A program made the translations under genes and the position numbers. The notes beneath the pieces were generated by a model, which had not been told where the DNA came from, ran no database searches, and saw only the letters and a program-made list of their open reading frames with translations. DNA of 64,000 nucleotides from an uncultured Acidobacteriota bacterium (GTDB lineage: Bacteria > Acidobacteriota > Thermoanaerobaculia > Gp7-AA8): assembly GCA_963822445.1 (NCBI GenBank), contig CAWGHO010000002.1, positions 480,001 to 544,000 of the forward strand. Reading direction: 5' to 3'. This document shows positions 29,151-39,419 of the stretch, piece after piece. Position 1 is the stretch's first letter; each line of letters opens with the position of its first letter.

Positions 29151-29531
29151 CTACCGACTCTCGTTCAGCAGCAGTACCAACTCCTGCGTGCGCATGTCCG
29201 CGACGGCGCCGCCGGCCACGCGCCATTCGCCCTCGTGCTGTTCGACCAGCATCAACCGATCGAGATCGCCGCGGGAAAGGCCGTAGTCCTTCGCGAAAGT
29301 CGCCCATTCCGCGGGCACGTTCGCCTCGATCTCCGCTTCCGCGAAAAGAGGCTCGCCGGCGCAGTTGAAGTGATCGCAGCCGAACTGCTCCGAGCATTCC
29401 GGGCAGGGCGGCGGATCGTTGAAATCCTGCAGCTCGCTCTCCGTCAGCACGCGGGCCACGCCGCCGCGCTTTTCGCGAACGTAATGCAGGCCGCTTTCAC
29501 TGCGGGAGAGATGGTCGAAGCGATCCGTCAT
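29151..29531 (-). CDS. Hypothetical Cys-cluster protein
   Basis: 126 aa with CPEC...CDHFNC. Confidence 0.6.
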   Translation of the reverse strand: MTDRFDHLSRSESGLHYVREKRGGVARVLTESELQDFNDPPPCPECSEQFGCDHFNCAGEPLFAEAEIEANVPAEWATFAKDYGLSRGDLDRLMLVEQHEGEWRVAGGAVADMRTQELVLLLNESR

Positions 29532-29588
29532 GCCGCGAATCGTAAACCGCGGCCTGGGCCTCGCGGCCCAGGCCTTTGTGCACTTTCG

Positions 29589-30272
29589 CTAACGCGGCAG
29601 GAGTGAGCAGGGCACGGGGTGGAATCCGCTGAAGGTCATGTTCGTCCCGACCGCGGTCGGCTGATCGGAGACGATCCGGATCGTGGCCGGCACGTTGCCG
29701 CCGGCGGAAGGATCGCCCTGGGCCGAAGTCCAGTAGAGAACGTACGTGTTCGAAGCTAGCAGGGGAATGGTCGACGCGCCGCTCTGGCCCGGATACGTCG
29801 GCGCCGGATCGCCGGGATTGACCGGCGAGGCGCCCGGAACGGTGACGCCAGCCAGGTTCACGCCGTCCTTGTTGAGGAAGTGCACGGCGATGTTCGCGGT
29901 CAGCGCGCTGCCGTTGAAGACGTACAGCTCACTGTGGGTGGCGCTGCCGGAGTAATAGTTGCCCGGTGTGCAGACCCAGACGTACGGAGGGCCGCTCGCG
30001 GCATCTTCGCCGGCGGGTCCGGCAGGACCGACAGGCCCAACGGGTCCGGCAGGGCCAGCGGGGCCGATCGGTCCAGCGGGGCCTACGGGACCAACCTCAT
30101 TCCAGACAACGCGCGTCTCATTCCCGTTGCAAGCCACATCTGGCGCAACGAGCCGCATTCCGCCATTGCCCTTATTGATGCACGCTTCGAGAACGTCCGC
30201 CGACAGCGGAACAACCGGCATCAACAACAGGGCCAGGGCGAGAGCAACACCACGAACCGGGGCGATTCTCAT
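29589..30272 (-). CDS. Secreted protein with collagen-like Gly-Pro-X repeat
   Basis: AGGAG RBS, signal peptide, about ten GPX triplets. Confidence 0.8.
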   Translation of the reverse strand: MRIAPVRGVALALALLLMPVVPLSADVLEACINKGNGGMRLVAPDVACNGNETRVVWNEVGPVGPAGPIGPAGPAGPVGPVGPAGPAGEDAASGPPYVWVCTPGNYYSGSATHSELYVFNGSALTANIAVHFLNKDGVNLAGVTVPGASPVNPGDPAPTYPGQSGASTIPLLASNTYVLYWTSAQGDPSAGGNVPATIRIVSDQPTAVGTNMTFSGFHPVPCSLLPR

Positions 30273-30321
30273 GGATCTCTCCTTCTTCGATTTGGGTGGA
30301 GGCAAAGTACCATTCGCCGCC

Positions 30322-31152
30322 ATGACCACGCGTGCGATCCAGATCACACCCGACATCGCTTTCGGCGGCGACAACCCGCCGCTGTTCATCGCCGGCCCGT
30401 GCGTCATCGAGTCGCTCGATCACGTCCTGAAGATGGCCCGCACCCTCGCCAAACTGCGCGATGAGCTGAAGATCAACCTCGTCTTCAAGTCGTCCTTCGA
30501 CAAAGCCAATCGCACCTCCGTGGAATCTTTTCGCGGCCCGGGCGTCGAAGAAGGGATGAAGATCCTCCGCGCGGTGAAGGAAGAGACCGGGCTGGCGCTG
30601 CTGTCCGACGTGCACGAGCCCTGGCAGACCGAGCCCGCCGCGGAAGTCCTGGACATCCTCCAGATCCCGGCGTTCCTCTGCCGCCAGACCGATCTCGTCG
30701 CCGCCGCGGCGCGCACGGGGAAAGCGGTCGGCGTGAAGAAGGGGCAGTTCCTGTCGCCCGAGGAGACGCAGAACATTTTGCAGAAAGGGGCGGAGGTCGG
30801 GAACGACAAGATCTTCATCACCGAGCGGGGAAGCTCGTTCGGTTATCAGAATCTCGTCGTCGACATGCGCTCCTTCCCGATCGTTCGCGGCTTCGGCGCG
30901 CCGGTCGTGTACGACATCACCCATTCCATGCAGAAGCCGGGCGGTGAAGGAAAGCAGACCGGCGGAACGCCGCAGTTCGCGCGACCGCTCGCCCGCGCCG
31001 CCGCGGCCGCGGGTGCGGATGGGTTCTTCATGGAAGTGCATGACAACCCGCCCGCCGCGCTGTCCGATCGCACCACGCAGATCCGCCCGGAAGCGGCGCG
31101 GGAGATCATCGAGGATGTGTTGAAGATCAGGGAGGCGTTGCCTTCGATATGA
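30322..31152 (+). CDS. kdsA: KDO 8-phosphate synthase
   Basis: IAGPCVIES, FDKANRTS, QIPAFLCRQTDL, KKGQFLSP, ERGSSFGY. Confidence 0.96.
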   Translation: MTTRAIQITPDIAFGGDNPPLFIAGPCVIESLDHVLKMARTLAKLRDELKINLVFKSSFDKANRTSVESFRGPGVEEGMKILRAVKEETGLALLSDVHEPWQTEPAAEVLDILQIPAFLCRQTDLVAAAARTGKAVGVKKGQFLSPEETQNILQKGAEVGNDKIFITERGSSFGYQNLVVDMRSFPIVRGFGAPVVYDITHSMQKPGGEGKQTGGTPQFARPLARAAAAAGADGFFMEVHDNPPAALSDRTTQIRPEAAREIIEDVLKIREALPSI

Positions 31153-31247
31153 GTTGCGGGGTTTCGAGGTTACGGGGGTTCGGGGTGATGCGAGAACTCA
31201 GCGACCGGCAACCTCGTAACCCCGTAACCCCGTAACCCCGCAACCCC
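31153..31247. repeat. Inverted arrays of degenerate 8-bp repeats (GTAACCCC)
   Basis: Four GTTRCGGG-like units face five GYAACCYC units in the intergenic space. Confidence 0.75.
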
Positions 31248-31248
31248 C

Positions 31249-32967
31249 ATGACAAAGCTCCGCCTCCTCCTCGCCATCCTCCTCGCCCTCTTCGGCATCC
31301 TCACCTATCTCGAGCGGTTCGTTCTCGTCGAGCTCCTCCTGCGCCGCGCGGCGGTGCCGATGCTTCTCGCGGTCGCCGTGGGACTGGCTGTCATCGCCGC
31401 CGGAGCGCTTGCGCGGCGATCGCGGCGCGTCGATGTTCCGGTCGACTTCCTCATCGGCTATCCGCTATTCGGCGCGCTCTGTTTTCTCGTGGCGCTGTTC
31501 AGGATCTCCGTCTGGACCATGGTGCCACTGCTCGTCCTTGGGGGTCTGGCCGGCATCGCGCTGTTGTTGATGGCTTACGCCGACGACACGAAGGTGCCGC
31601 GCGAGCCGCTGCCGATGCATCGCACGGCCTTCGCGGCGGTGATCACCGTCCTCGCCTGCGGCTTCATCGTCGCGCAGGCACCGCCGGCGTCGCTCGATGA
31701 AGTCGCGTATCACCTCGCCGTCCCGCAGACGTGGGTCCTGGAAGGGCGCGCCATCGAGCTGCCGCTGAGCTCGCACTCTTACTTTCCGCTGGGCATCGAG
31801 TCCGCCGACCTGCCCTTCCTCACACTCCTCGGACCATCGAGCGGCGGCATCGCCTCGCATTTCCTGCATCTCTTCGCGGCGATCGCCACTACCTTGCTGA
31901 TCGCGCGACGAACGCAGTCGTGGCTCGCGACCGCGGCGATCGTCACGACACCGGCCCTGGCCGTCACCGCGGGATGGTCGCTCGTGGACTGGCCGCTGCT
32001 GGGACTCTTCGTGATCCTCTGGACGTCGCTCGAGGACGACGACAGCCGCACCGCGAGCGCGGCGACCGCCGCGGGTCTGCTGACGAAGTACACCTTCCTG
32101 CCGTTCGCGATCCTGGCCTGGGCGTTCAAGCGGCGGCTGCCGTCGTGGGTGGCGTTGCTCGGGCTGATCTTCTTCGCCCGCAACGCCATCCTCACCAGCA
32201 ACCCCATCGCCCCCTTCCTCGGCACCGACGCGCCGCACGTCGCCGGCTATCGCGACCTCGCGCTGTCCGATTACGTCTTCGACGGCGACATCATCGACGA
32301 GTCGATCGGTGCATCGCTGCTGACGCTCGTGCCGTTTGCGACGGGCGCGATTCCACTGGCCACACTCGCCGCCGGCGTTCTGCTCTTCTTCCTCGCTCCC
32401 TCGTCGCGCGTGCTCATCCCCTTCTTCGCCATTCCGGCGATGCAGTCCGCACCGATTCTGCGCAGGCGGCTGATTGCGGCGCTGGTCACGCTGGCCGTGG
32501 TGCTGCAGACCTTCCTCGTGGTCTGGTTCACGGCACGCGGCAACGCCTTCTCCCTGCTCGCGGCCACGGCAGGTGAGGACGACTTCCTCGCCAAACAGCG
32601 CGCGTCGTACTCATCGGTGATGTGGCTGAACGAGGTCCTTCCGCGCAGCTCACGCACGCTGGTCGTCGGTTTGAACGAAACGTACTGGTTCGAGAAGCCG
32701 GTGCGGGGCGGCGGCAACTTCGATGGCCCGCGCGTGTCGGAGTACCTCAACACGCCCGCGCCGGAAGTGCTCCGCGACCGGCTGCGGCGCGACGGCATCA
32801 CCCACGTCGCGATCGTCGCCCCGATCGTGCCGAAGCCCGGCCAGCCTGCGGACGAGCGCCGTACCGCGCTGTCGCCCGAGGCGCAGCGGATGCTCGCTGT
32901 GACACTCGATCGTTACGCGGCCAACGTCGTCTCGCGCGGAGGGGCCACGCTCTTCACGCTACGATGA
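31249..32967 (+). CDS. Polytopic membrane protein, possibly GT-C glycosyltransferase-like
   Basis: 572 aa with many TM segments, DEVAYHL..P, TKYT and RN...NP..P motifs. Confidence 0.7.
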   Translation: MTKLRLLLAILLALFGILTYLERFVLVELLLRRAAVPMLLAVAVGLAVIAAGALARRSRRVDVPVDFLIGYPLFGALCFLVALFRISVWTMVPLLVLGGLAGIALLLMAYADDTKVPREPLPMHRTAFAAVITVLACGFIVAQAPPASLDEVAYHLAVPQTWVLEGRAIELPLSSHSYFPLGIESADLPFLTLLGPSSGGIASHFLHLFAAIATTLLIARRTQSWLATAAIVTTPALAVTAGWSLVDWPLLGLFVILWTSLEDDDSRTASAATAAGLLTKYTFLPFAILAWAFKRRLPSWVALLGLIFFARNAILTSNPIAPFLGTDAPHVAGYRDLALSDYVFDGDIIDESIGASLLTLVPFATGAIPLATLAAGVLLFFLAPSSRVLIPFFAIPAMQSAPILRRRLIAALVTLAVVLQTFLVVWFTARGNAFSLLAATAGEDDFLAKQRASYSSVMWLNEVLPRSSRTLVVGLNETYWFEKPVRGGGNFDGPRVSEYLNTPAPEVLRDRLRRDGITHVAIVAPIVPKPGQPADERRTALSPEAQRMLAVTLDRYAANVVSRGGATLFTLR

Positions 32968-32971
32968 GCGC

Positions 32972-33940
32972 ATGCCGCCTCGAGTCGCGCTTCGCCCCAT
33001 CAACACCTCCCTGATCGACCCCGACCTCGGCACCCACACCTTTCGAAGCGTCGATTCGGATCTCATCGCCAGGCGGGTCTTCGAGAAGATCGGAACATCG
33101 GCCGAAATCGCCGCGAATTTCGTGGAAGGTCTCGCAGCGTGGACCGGCGAGCCCGGCACGGCCGGGGAATTCGCACGGGCGAAGCAAGAGCTGACCGCGA
33201 AGCTTTCTCAATCGTTGTCCGCGGCATACGAGGACGACGTGCCCGTTCGCGCGTACCCATCGCCGCCGGTGGTCACCGTGAAATCCGACCCGGCGCCGCT
33301 TCCCGAGAATCCGACGGTCGAGGATGCGCGGCGATGGATCCTGACCTGGAACACCGAGCCCGAGAGGCCGAGCGACATCATTCGCACCGCCCTCTCGACG
33401 GAACCCGTCGTCGTTGCGACGGTCGACGCCAGTCCCTTCGAACGCGCGCTTCTCGCCTGCGAGGTCGACCTGAACGACGCGACGCTCGGGCAACTGGCGT
33501 CCACGCCGATCGATCCGCCGAAGACCAACAAGTCTTCGGTGCCGAATGGCCCGGCGTCCGGATCGATGTCTTTCGACGCCGGTCAGGCGATGGGCGTGCG
33601 CGCGACCGTGATCCGTAACGAAGGCTTTCCGCCGCCGTTCGTGTATGTCGTCAGCGCGCTGAGTGAAGTGCTCAATCCGTTCATCGAGCGCGATGACGTC
33701 ATCGCCATCGCCAATCTCGCCGAGCTCGAGACGCTGTCGCCGACGGGCATCGCCGTTTCCTACGAGCACAGCGATCCACCCGAGCGCGTGCCGGTGCTGC
33801 TCGTCAACGGACCGTTCGACGCCGACACCCTCGGCCGCGCGGTCGAAGACTGGAAGGAAACGCAGCAACCGCCGGAAGGGCAGTTCGTCTTCGACGTGAC
33901 CGCCGACCATCTCCGCTTACGGCGCGTCGTGATCGGCTAG
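32972..33940 (+). CDS. Hypothetical protein
   Basis: 322-aa ORF directly downstream of the membrane protein gene, typical codon bias. Confidence 0.65.
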   Translation: MPPRVALRPINTSLIDPDLGTHTFRSVDSDLIARRVFEKIGTSAEIAANFVEGLAAWTGEPGTAGEFARAKQELTAKLSQSLSAAYEDDVPVRAYPSPPVVTVKSDPAPLPENPTVEDARRWILTWNTEPERPSDIIRTALSTEPVVVATVDASPFERALLACEVDLNDATLGQLASTPIDPPKTNKSSVPNGPASGSMSFDAGQAMGVRATVIRNEGFPPPFVYVVSALSEVLNPFIERDDVIAIANLAELETLSPTGIAVSYEHSDPPERVPVLLVNGPFDADTLGRAVEDWKETQQPPEGQFVFDVTADHLRLRRVVIG

Positions 33941-34018
33941 GAGCCTGCGCGGCAGAAACTCGGGCTGCACCCGCACGTGCATCAGGCTTGGCCTGCTGGC
34001 GCAGCGGCTCGTAGCCGC

Positions 34019-35443
34019 CTAGCGCCGGCAGGTGTCGGCAGTGCAGCGGTACTCGGCCAGGTTCGCCACCGCCTCCGCCGCCGCGGCGAACTTCCAGTGT
34101 TGTCCGACCGGCGAGAGACGGCATCGCATCGCTGCTGCCGTCGCCCCGCGGATGAGACAGAACACGTCGGAGAGCACGGTTCCGTTGTCGGCGACGTAGG
34201 AGTGGCCGAGGAAGCTCGTGTCGACGTCGCTGACGTCGATGGTGTCGATGTTCGGGAGCACCACGATCCCCGGGCCGGCATCGCCGAGACGCGGTGCGCG
34301 ATCGAACGTCTTTCCCGCGGCCAGCGCTCCATCGCGCGAGGAAGCGTAGAGCGTCACGTGCTTGCCGAGCTTTACGAAGGCCGGAGCGAGATCGCGTTTG
34401 AAGACGTCCGCGTCGAGATCCGGCGCGGCCAGAACGATCTGGTCGAAGCGCGGCCCCTGCGCGGTCACGGCCATTTCTCGCAGCGCGCCGGCCAGCACGC
34501 GATTGCCCATGCTGTGGGCGACGAGATGGATCGAGCTCGCGCCTGCCTGCGCGGCCAGCTCGGTGAGGAACTGGCGGAGATTGCCCGCGGCCCAGTCGGC
34601 GTTGCGTCCGTCGGCGGGATACTCCTTCGTCTTGCCCCACGACGGCCAGCTGTAAAGGACGGCCGGGCCGTCGAAGGCGAGGTCGTACTTGATCTGCGCC
34701 GTGCGCCGCGCCGCGTCTTCGAAGGTGACGTTGTAGCCGTGGATGAAGACGAACGTCTCGCGGCGCGCCGACGCGCGGATGCTGTTCCGCAGCTTCGCGT
34801 AGAAGTGATCGCGCCGCTGCGGTTGCACGCTGAGCAGCACCACGTGCTTTTCGGGATCGGGACGGAACTCGAGCTTGAAGATGGACGGGCTCTCCAGCTC
34901 GCCGAGGCGGTGGACGCGGGGGATGCTCACGCGGGCGATGCCGAGGCTGAGCTTTCCGCGTTGCGGGCCGTACAGCCTGGTCGGTTGGGTCTCGCCGGTG
35001 AACGCGCGATCGGTGGCGTAGTAGAGATTCACCACCGCGTAATTTTTCCCGTCTTCGACGTCGACGCGCGGCACGCTTCCTACCGGCGGCGGCAGCGAGG
35101 GACGGACCTCCGGCGGCGGTGGCGCCGCGGACGAGCGCATCCGTTCCTCGAGCTCGACCTCGAAGCGCGTCTCCTCGGCGCTGACCGTCACCGTCGTCAA
35201 GGTCACTTGAAATCCGCTGCGGCCCGCTTCGAGGTCGTACGTTCCCGGCGGCACGTCGAAACGGGCGATGCCTTCGTCGTCCGTGGTGGCGATGACGGGC
35301 GACGAGGTGCTGCTGGTGAGGGTGACGATCACCCGCGGCACGGCCCGGCCTCTGCTCTTGACCTCGACCAGCAGGACGGCCGCGCTCAACTGCGTGGTCA
35401 CGACCGCGAGAAGTGCGAACAGCACGATCCGGGTTCGCGTCAT
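34019..35443 (-). CDS. DUF900 alpha/beta hydrolase with N-terminal carboxypeptidase-regulatory-like domain
   Basis: Signal peptide, YYATDR, VFIHGYNVTF, YSWPS, AHSMGN, GHSY. Confidence 0.88.
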   Translation of the reverse strand: MTRTRIVLFALLAVVTTQLSAAVLLVEVKSRGRAVPRVIVTLTSSTSSPVIATTDDEGIARFDVPPGTYDLEAGRSGFQVTLTTVTVSAEETRFEVELEERMRSSAAPPPPEVRPSLPPPVGSVPRVDVEDGKNYAVVNLYYATDRAFTGETQPTRLYGPQRGKLSLGIARVSIPRVHRLGELESPSIFKLEFRPDPEKHVVLLSVQPQRRDHFYAKLRNSIRASARRETFVFIHGYNVTFEDAARRTAQIKYDLAFDGPAVLYSWPSWGKTKEYPADGRNADWAAGNLRQFLTELAAQAGASSIHLVAHSMGNRVLAGALREMAVTAQGPRFDQIVLAAPDLDADVFKRDLAPAFVKLGKHVTLYASSRDGALAAGKTFDRAPRLGDAGPGIVVLPNIDTIDVSDVDTSFLGHSYVADNGTVLSDVFCLIRGATAAAMRCRLSPVGQHWKFAAAAEAVANLAEYRCTADTCRR

Positions 35444-35479
35444 TTCAGACGGAATTCTATTCCTGCTGCGGGTGGTCGG

Positions 35480-35551
35480 GGTGTGGTGCAGGCCTCCGGC
35501 CTGCTCTTGGGCGCCGGGCGACCAAGGCGGGCCAGAGGCCTGCACCACACC
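35480..35551. repeat. REP-like inverted repeat
   Basis: GGTGTGGTGCAGGCCTC...GAGGCCTGCACCACACC perfect 17-bp arms. Confidence 0.75.
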
Positions 35552-35564
35552 TATCATTCCGCGC

Positions 35565-36116
35565 ATGGCCACGATCGTCGTCCTGAACGGCACGTCGAGC
35601 TCCGGCAAGACGACGCTCGCTCGCGCGTTTCAGGAGCTCGCCGGAACGGTCTTCCTGAACTTCTCGATCGACAGCATCCTCTACGCCCTTCCGCAGAGCG
35701 CGCTCCACGCGCTGACCGCCGGTAACGGCATTCCCAACCTTCCCTATCCCGAGCTCGACGCCGCCTACTACGCGTGTGTTCGCGAGCTGGCCGCGCTCGG
35801 CCGCGATCTGGTGACCGACAACGCCATCGTCACGCGCGCGCAGGCGGAGCGAATGCTCGATGCGGTCGCGGGACATCGCGTGCTGCTCGTTTCCGTGTCC
35901 TGTCCCGCCGAGGTTCTCGAACAACGCGAACGTGCCCGCGGCGACCGCCGCGCCGGCATGGCCGTGCGCCAGGCCGCGACCATCGATCAATGGCTCGAGT
36001 ACGACCTGCGGATCGATACGTCAGTGGAGAGCGTCAGCGCCGCGGCGGAAAGGATTCATGAGGCGCTCTCCAGCGAGCTCGAAGGAATCGAACGCACACG
36101 CACGCGCCTGCTCTAG
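35565..36116 (+). CDS. Chloramphenicol phosphotransferase-like P-loop kinase
   Basis: LNGTSSSGKTT, RERARGDR..G.A..Q, YDLRIDTS. Confidence 0.88.
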   Translation: MATIVVLNGTSSSGKTTLARAFQELAGTVFLNFSIDSILYALPQSALHALTAGNGIPNLPYPELDAAYYACVRELAALGRDLVTDNAIVTRAQAERMLDAVAGHRVLLVSVSCPAEVLEQRERARGDRRAGMAVRQAATIDQWLEYDLRIDTSVESVSAAAERIHEALSSELEGIERTRTRLL

Positions 36117-36487
36117 GGCGGAGCGTCCATGCCTTCAATGTTTTTCGAAATTATCCCTTTCACAAACCCACTTCTCATGAGCAGGAAAGTGCACAGAGGG
36201 GATGGATAGCGGCAGGCAATGATGATCGCGGCAGCGTCGCGGAGACGCGCGCGCTCCTCAGCCGAGAAGCGGTAGGGCGGCTCACCGAGAATCCATCCGA
36301 CAGACTCACCGGCCGCGTGAGCGATGCCCGCAGCGATCACGAAACTGGGCCGCTTCACCTCGCCGCTGAGTACGCGCGAGAGCGTTGTTGGGCAGATCCC
36401 CGCATCCTCGGCGATCAGGTATTGCTTCCGGCCGGAGCGCTTAACCGCTTCGCGAAGGCGCGCCCGCCACGGTTCAATATTGGACAT
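36113..36487 (-). CDS. XRE family HTH regulator
   Basis: RLREAVKRSG.KQYLIAEDAGICPTTLSRVLSG..KRPSF. Confidence 0.8.
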   Translation of the reverse strand: MSNIEPWRARLREAVKRSGRKQYLIAEDAGICPTTLSRVLSGEVKRPSFVIAAGIAHAAGESVGWILGEPPYRFSAEERARLRDAAAIIIACRYPSPLCTFLLMRSGFVKGIISKNIEGMDAPP

Positions 36488-36829
36488 TCATTCTGGAAAC
36501 ATCACGGCTTCGCCGAACCCCTTGATGGACGCATCCAGGGCGTCTACGTCGTCAGGGTTGATCCCGAGATGGAGATCGTTTGCGGCCTGCTGATCGATGG
36601 TTACGCCGCTCTGTTCTGCGCGGCGAGAGAGGTAGTGAACGAGGTAGGCCGGAAGGTAGATCGTGACCGGCTCGAAGCGCAGAAGGGACGGCAGGACGTG
36701 CACGTCACCGCCAAGGGCGTACCGGACTGCTTCGATGCCCCACTTTTCGACCGCGAGGATGGCGATGGTCTGCCACGTGAGGCGATCCCCTTCAGCGTCG
36801 ATCTCTCCGCTAGGCACGCCGCCGCCCAA
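36488..36829 (-). pseudogene. 5'-truncated paralogue of 51842-52327
   Basis: W.IE....ALG.D..VLP..LR.......LP........RAEQ...TI...I.GF..A..P is shared. The N-terminal part is absent. Confidence 0.6.
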
Positions 36830-36863
36830 GAAGCAGCCGAAACGAAAGCGGTAGGGACGGCGA

Positions 36864-37085
36864 TTACTGTCCCTTCGGTGGGCGATGGCTGAAGTAGTAC
36901 TGAAACATCACCTTCATCGCGTAAACCATCACACCAGTTAACGCTGATGACGGCCATGTGAAGCCGCGGACGATCTGGAAGATCATCGTCCCTACAAAAG
37001 CCATCAGTAGGAACGCCGTAAGGGCGAGGCGAAGTCCTATGTTGAATAGGATCTCGTACGTTTCGGCGGTGTCGCGGTCGATCAT
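36864..37085 (-). CDS. Small two-TM protein
   Basis: 73 aa, ATGA-coupled to the upstream gene, two hydrophobic helices. Confidence 0.6.
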   Translation of the reverse strand: MIDRDTAETYEILFNIGLRLALTAFLLMAFVGTMIFQIVRGFTWPSSALTGVMVYAMKVMFQYYFSHRPPKGQ

Positions 37086-37501
37086 TCTGCTGACGTGTAC
37101 GTGCTCGGTGCGGACGGGGACGGTGCGAACTCTGTCTTCCTCAGCCTGTAGAACGGTATCTTTCGGCACTCTCGTGCCTCGAAGACGCTCGTAAGCTCCA
37201 AGGCTTCGCAAACCGTGCACGAAACCTGCGACGGTGAAAATGAATCGCCGTCGCACACCTCGGACAGCACGCGTTCATCGTTCGGGCAGAGGAGCGCCGT
37301 GCACCGCTCGAAGTAGCCTTCTCGCACAGCCATGTCGCACAGCCATGTCGCTACGGAAAACGGGATGCCGAAAAATGCGCGCACGTTCTCCACGTAGATC
37401 TTCGGCGGCTGACCGGTGTACTGGAGCAGCGCCCGGCGTTTAGCTACGGCCGCGCCGATCCAAGACCGGTCAATTAGCTGAAAGAATCGCTCGAACGACA
37501 T
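37082..37501 (-). CDS. Hypothetical protein with putative Zn ribbon
   Basis: 139 aa with CPND...CTVC. The start overlaps the end of the upstream gene and follows a GAGG RBS. Confidence 0.65.
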   Translation of the reverse strand: MSFERFFQLIDRSWIGAAVAKRRALLQYTGQPPKIYVENVRAFFGIPFSVATWLCDMAVREGYFERCTALLCPNDERVLSEVCDGDSFSPSQVSCTVCEALELTSVFEARECRKIPFYRLRKTEFAPSPSAPSTYTSAE

Positions 37502-38336
37502 TGTCGACCTCGTCCCCATCCTCGCTGTAACGCGTGACAACCAACTCACCAGCCGACGGGTCAGCCGAAAAGAGGGGTGGGTAATTCAGCTCCGCTTTGA
37601 GCGTTTCAAACACGGTCCGGAGAAGTGGCGCCTCCATGGCGTTGGCGTACTCCTCAGGCGAGTCGCGCCGGAGGAGGCACTTCGTGTCCATGGTCTCCGT
37701 GCGCGTGGACTTCGATGCCTTGAACTTCGAGACTTCAGCATCGAACTCGCCGCCCTCCCAGAGGGCCTTCACGCCTTTGTTCATATCGAGGCGCTCGATC
37801 GTGTCGGGCGATTCCAGCGCGCCGAACAGCATTCCGACTACGGCTTCCTCGTCCACGTCTTTCTTGACGCCGACGGCTCGCAGATCGCCATCCAGGTACG
37901 TCGATACGTTCTTCTCGACGATGGTGAACGTGACGCGCACATATTCCAGATCGACCGTCACCCTGATCGGCCAAGCGAAGTTGATGGTCGTTTCATTCCA
38001 CGGCGGACCGCCGACGATCGCCCGATACGCGAACTCAATGAGGTAGAACTCCTCGATGCTGTTCTGACTCCTCTGGACGAACACCGGTGCCTGCCCAGAG
38101 AGAAGCGGATCTCCAAACCCGGCAACGTCTTCCGCTTTGTTTCGGAAGAGGATCACCCGCTGCTTCGTCCGGCCATGATGAGTACGGCAGAACTCGGCGA
38201 TCTCATCTTCGGCGATGTTCTTCGCCACGATCTCCACGAACTCGTCCTTCGACGGCTTTCCGGAGACCTCCCAGAATTCGCGCAACGCGTCAACTGGATA
38301 GAGGCGGAGCAAGCGCGCCAGCACTTCGGTATCCAT
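37470..38336 (-). CDS. Hypothetical protein
   Basis: 288-aa ORF with normal protein composition and no motif recognised. Confidence 0.75.
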   Translation of the reverse strand: MDTEVLARLLRLYPVDALREFWEVSGKPSKDEFVEIVAKNIAEDEIAEFCRTHHGRTKQRVILFRNKAEDVAGFGDPLLSGQAPVFVQRSQNSIEEFYLIEFAYRAIVGGPPWNETTINFAWPIRVTVDLEYVRVTFTIVEKNVSTYLDGDLRAVGVKKDVDEEAVVGMLFGALESPDTIERLDMNKGVKALWEGGEFDAEVSKFKASKSTRTETMDTKCLLRRDSPEEYANAMEAPLLRTVFETLKAELNYPPLFSADPSAGELVVTRYSEDGDEVDNVVRAILSAN

Positions 38337-38978
38337 GCGTACGTTCGACCCTCGGTAGCCATCTTACCCGAGGAATTAGCGACGGATGTATGATCGCTCC
38401 CGTCTGGTCATGTGGTGCTTGCTGTCCGTCGAGAGACGGGCGACAGGAGCCTACCCATGACGAACAAGAACAGAGAAGAAAGTCGACTCGTGAGGATTTT
38501 CCTGAAGTGGACTCTGGTGCTCGGCTTGCTGCGAGCAGGTTTGCTTGAACTCGAAGCAGTAATCCATAGCATCCGCCATTTCGCGACGACAATCATGGGA
38601 GCATGATGCTCAGCTCTGTCCTTGGGAGTTGATAGGTATGCTTAAAGGCAAAGACCCAGCGAGCGACCAAATTACTTCCTTACCGATTAGAGAGGCGCGT
38701 CGTCTCTCACCCGCCACGCATGACCAGACACCCTTAGTCCCTTCACCCTTGCGGCGGTTCGTCGATCCTCACGCCACGGATGCCCGTCTGCGGCTTCTCA
38801 GCGCCCGGCACGACGCAATCCCCTGACTCATGAAAGATCACTTCATCCAGCGCGGCAGGATCGAACCAGAAGTCACACGTCGGGCAGCGTTCGAGGTCGG
38901 GCATGCGACAAGTCTACACGTCCGGCGATGTCCGGCTAAGTTGCTCATTTCCGTGGGTTTGCAAAGTCTATAATTTCG

Positions 38979-39416
38979 ATGTTTTTTCTCCGTCTTCTCG
39001 CGCTCGTATGGCTGACGCACGATGTAGCGGCTCAGGTGTTTGCAGTGAGTCCGCCCAACCCGACCAGCGCCGACATAATCGTGCTGTCAGTAGGGGCACC
39101 GGAGCTTGGCTTCGTCCTGCAGCCGGTTACCGTGACTGGGTCGGCGATAGATGTCACGCTTCGCGGCGGGAGTGCTCTGCCAGCGTTCGAGACTCATGAG
39201 GTGACACTTCCACGTCTGAGTCCCGGGGCCTATGCGGTAACCGTCACCTTTGTATTTCTCGAGTCAGACGGCGAGTTGGATCACGTGGTGACACTGCCGC
39301 CATTTACGTTGCAAGTGCTCCCGGCTGCGGCGATTCCCGCCTCGAGTATTCCGGGCCTGTTAGTGCTTCTCGCCTCGTTGTCGGTTCTCGGTACGGTTGC
39401 GCTGGGCCGTTTGTGA
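38979..39416 (+). CDS. Secreted protein with IPTL-CTERM-like anchor
   Basis: Signal peptide and C-terminal IPASSIPGLLVLL TM segment. Confidence 0.65.
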   Translation: MFFLRLLALVWLTHDVAAQVFAVSPPNPTSADIIVLSVGAPELGFVLQPVTVTGSAIDVTLRGGSALPAFETHEVTLPRLSPGAYAVTVTFVFLESDGELDHVVTLPPFTLQVLPAAAIPASSIPGLLVLLASLSVLGTVALGRL

Positions 39417-39419
39417 AGT

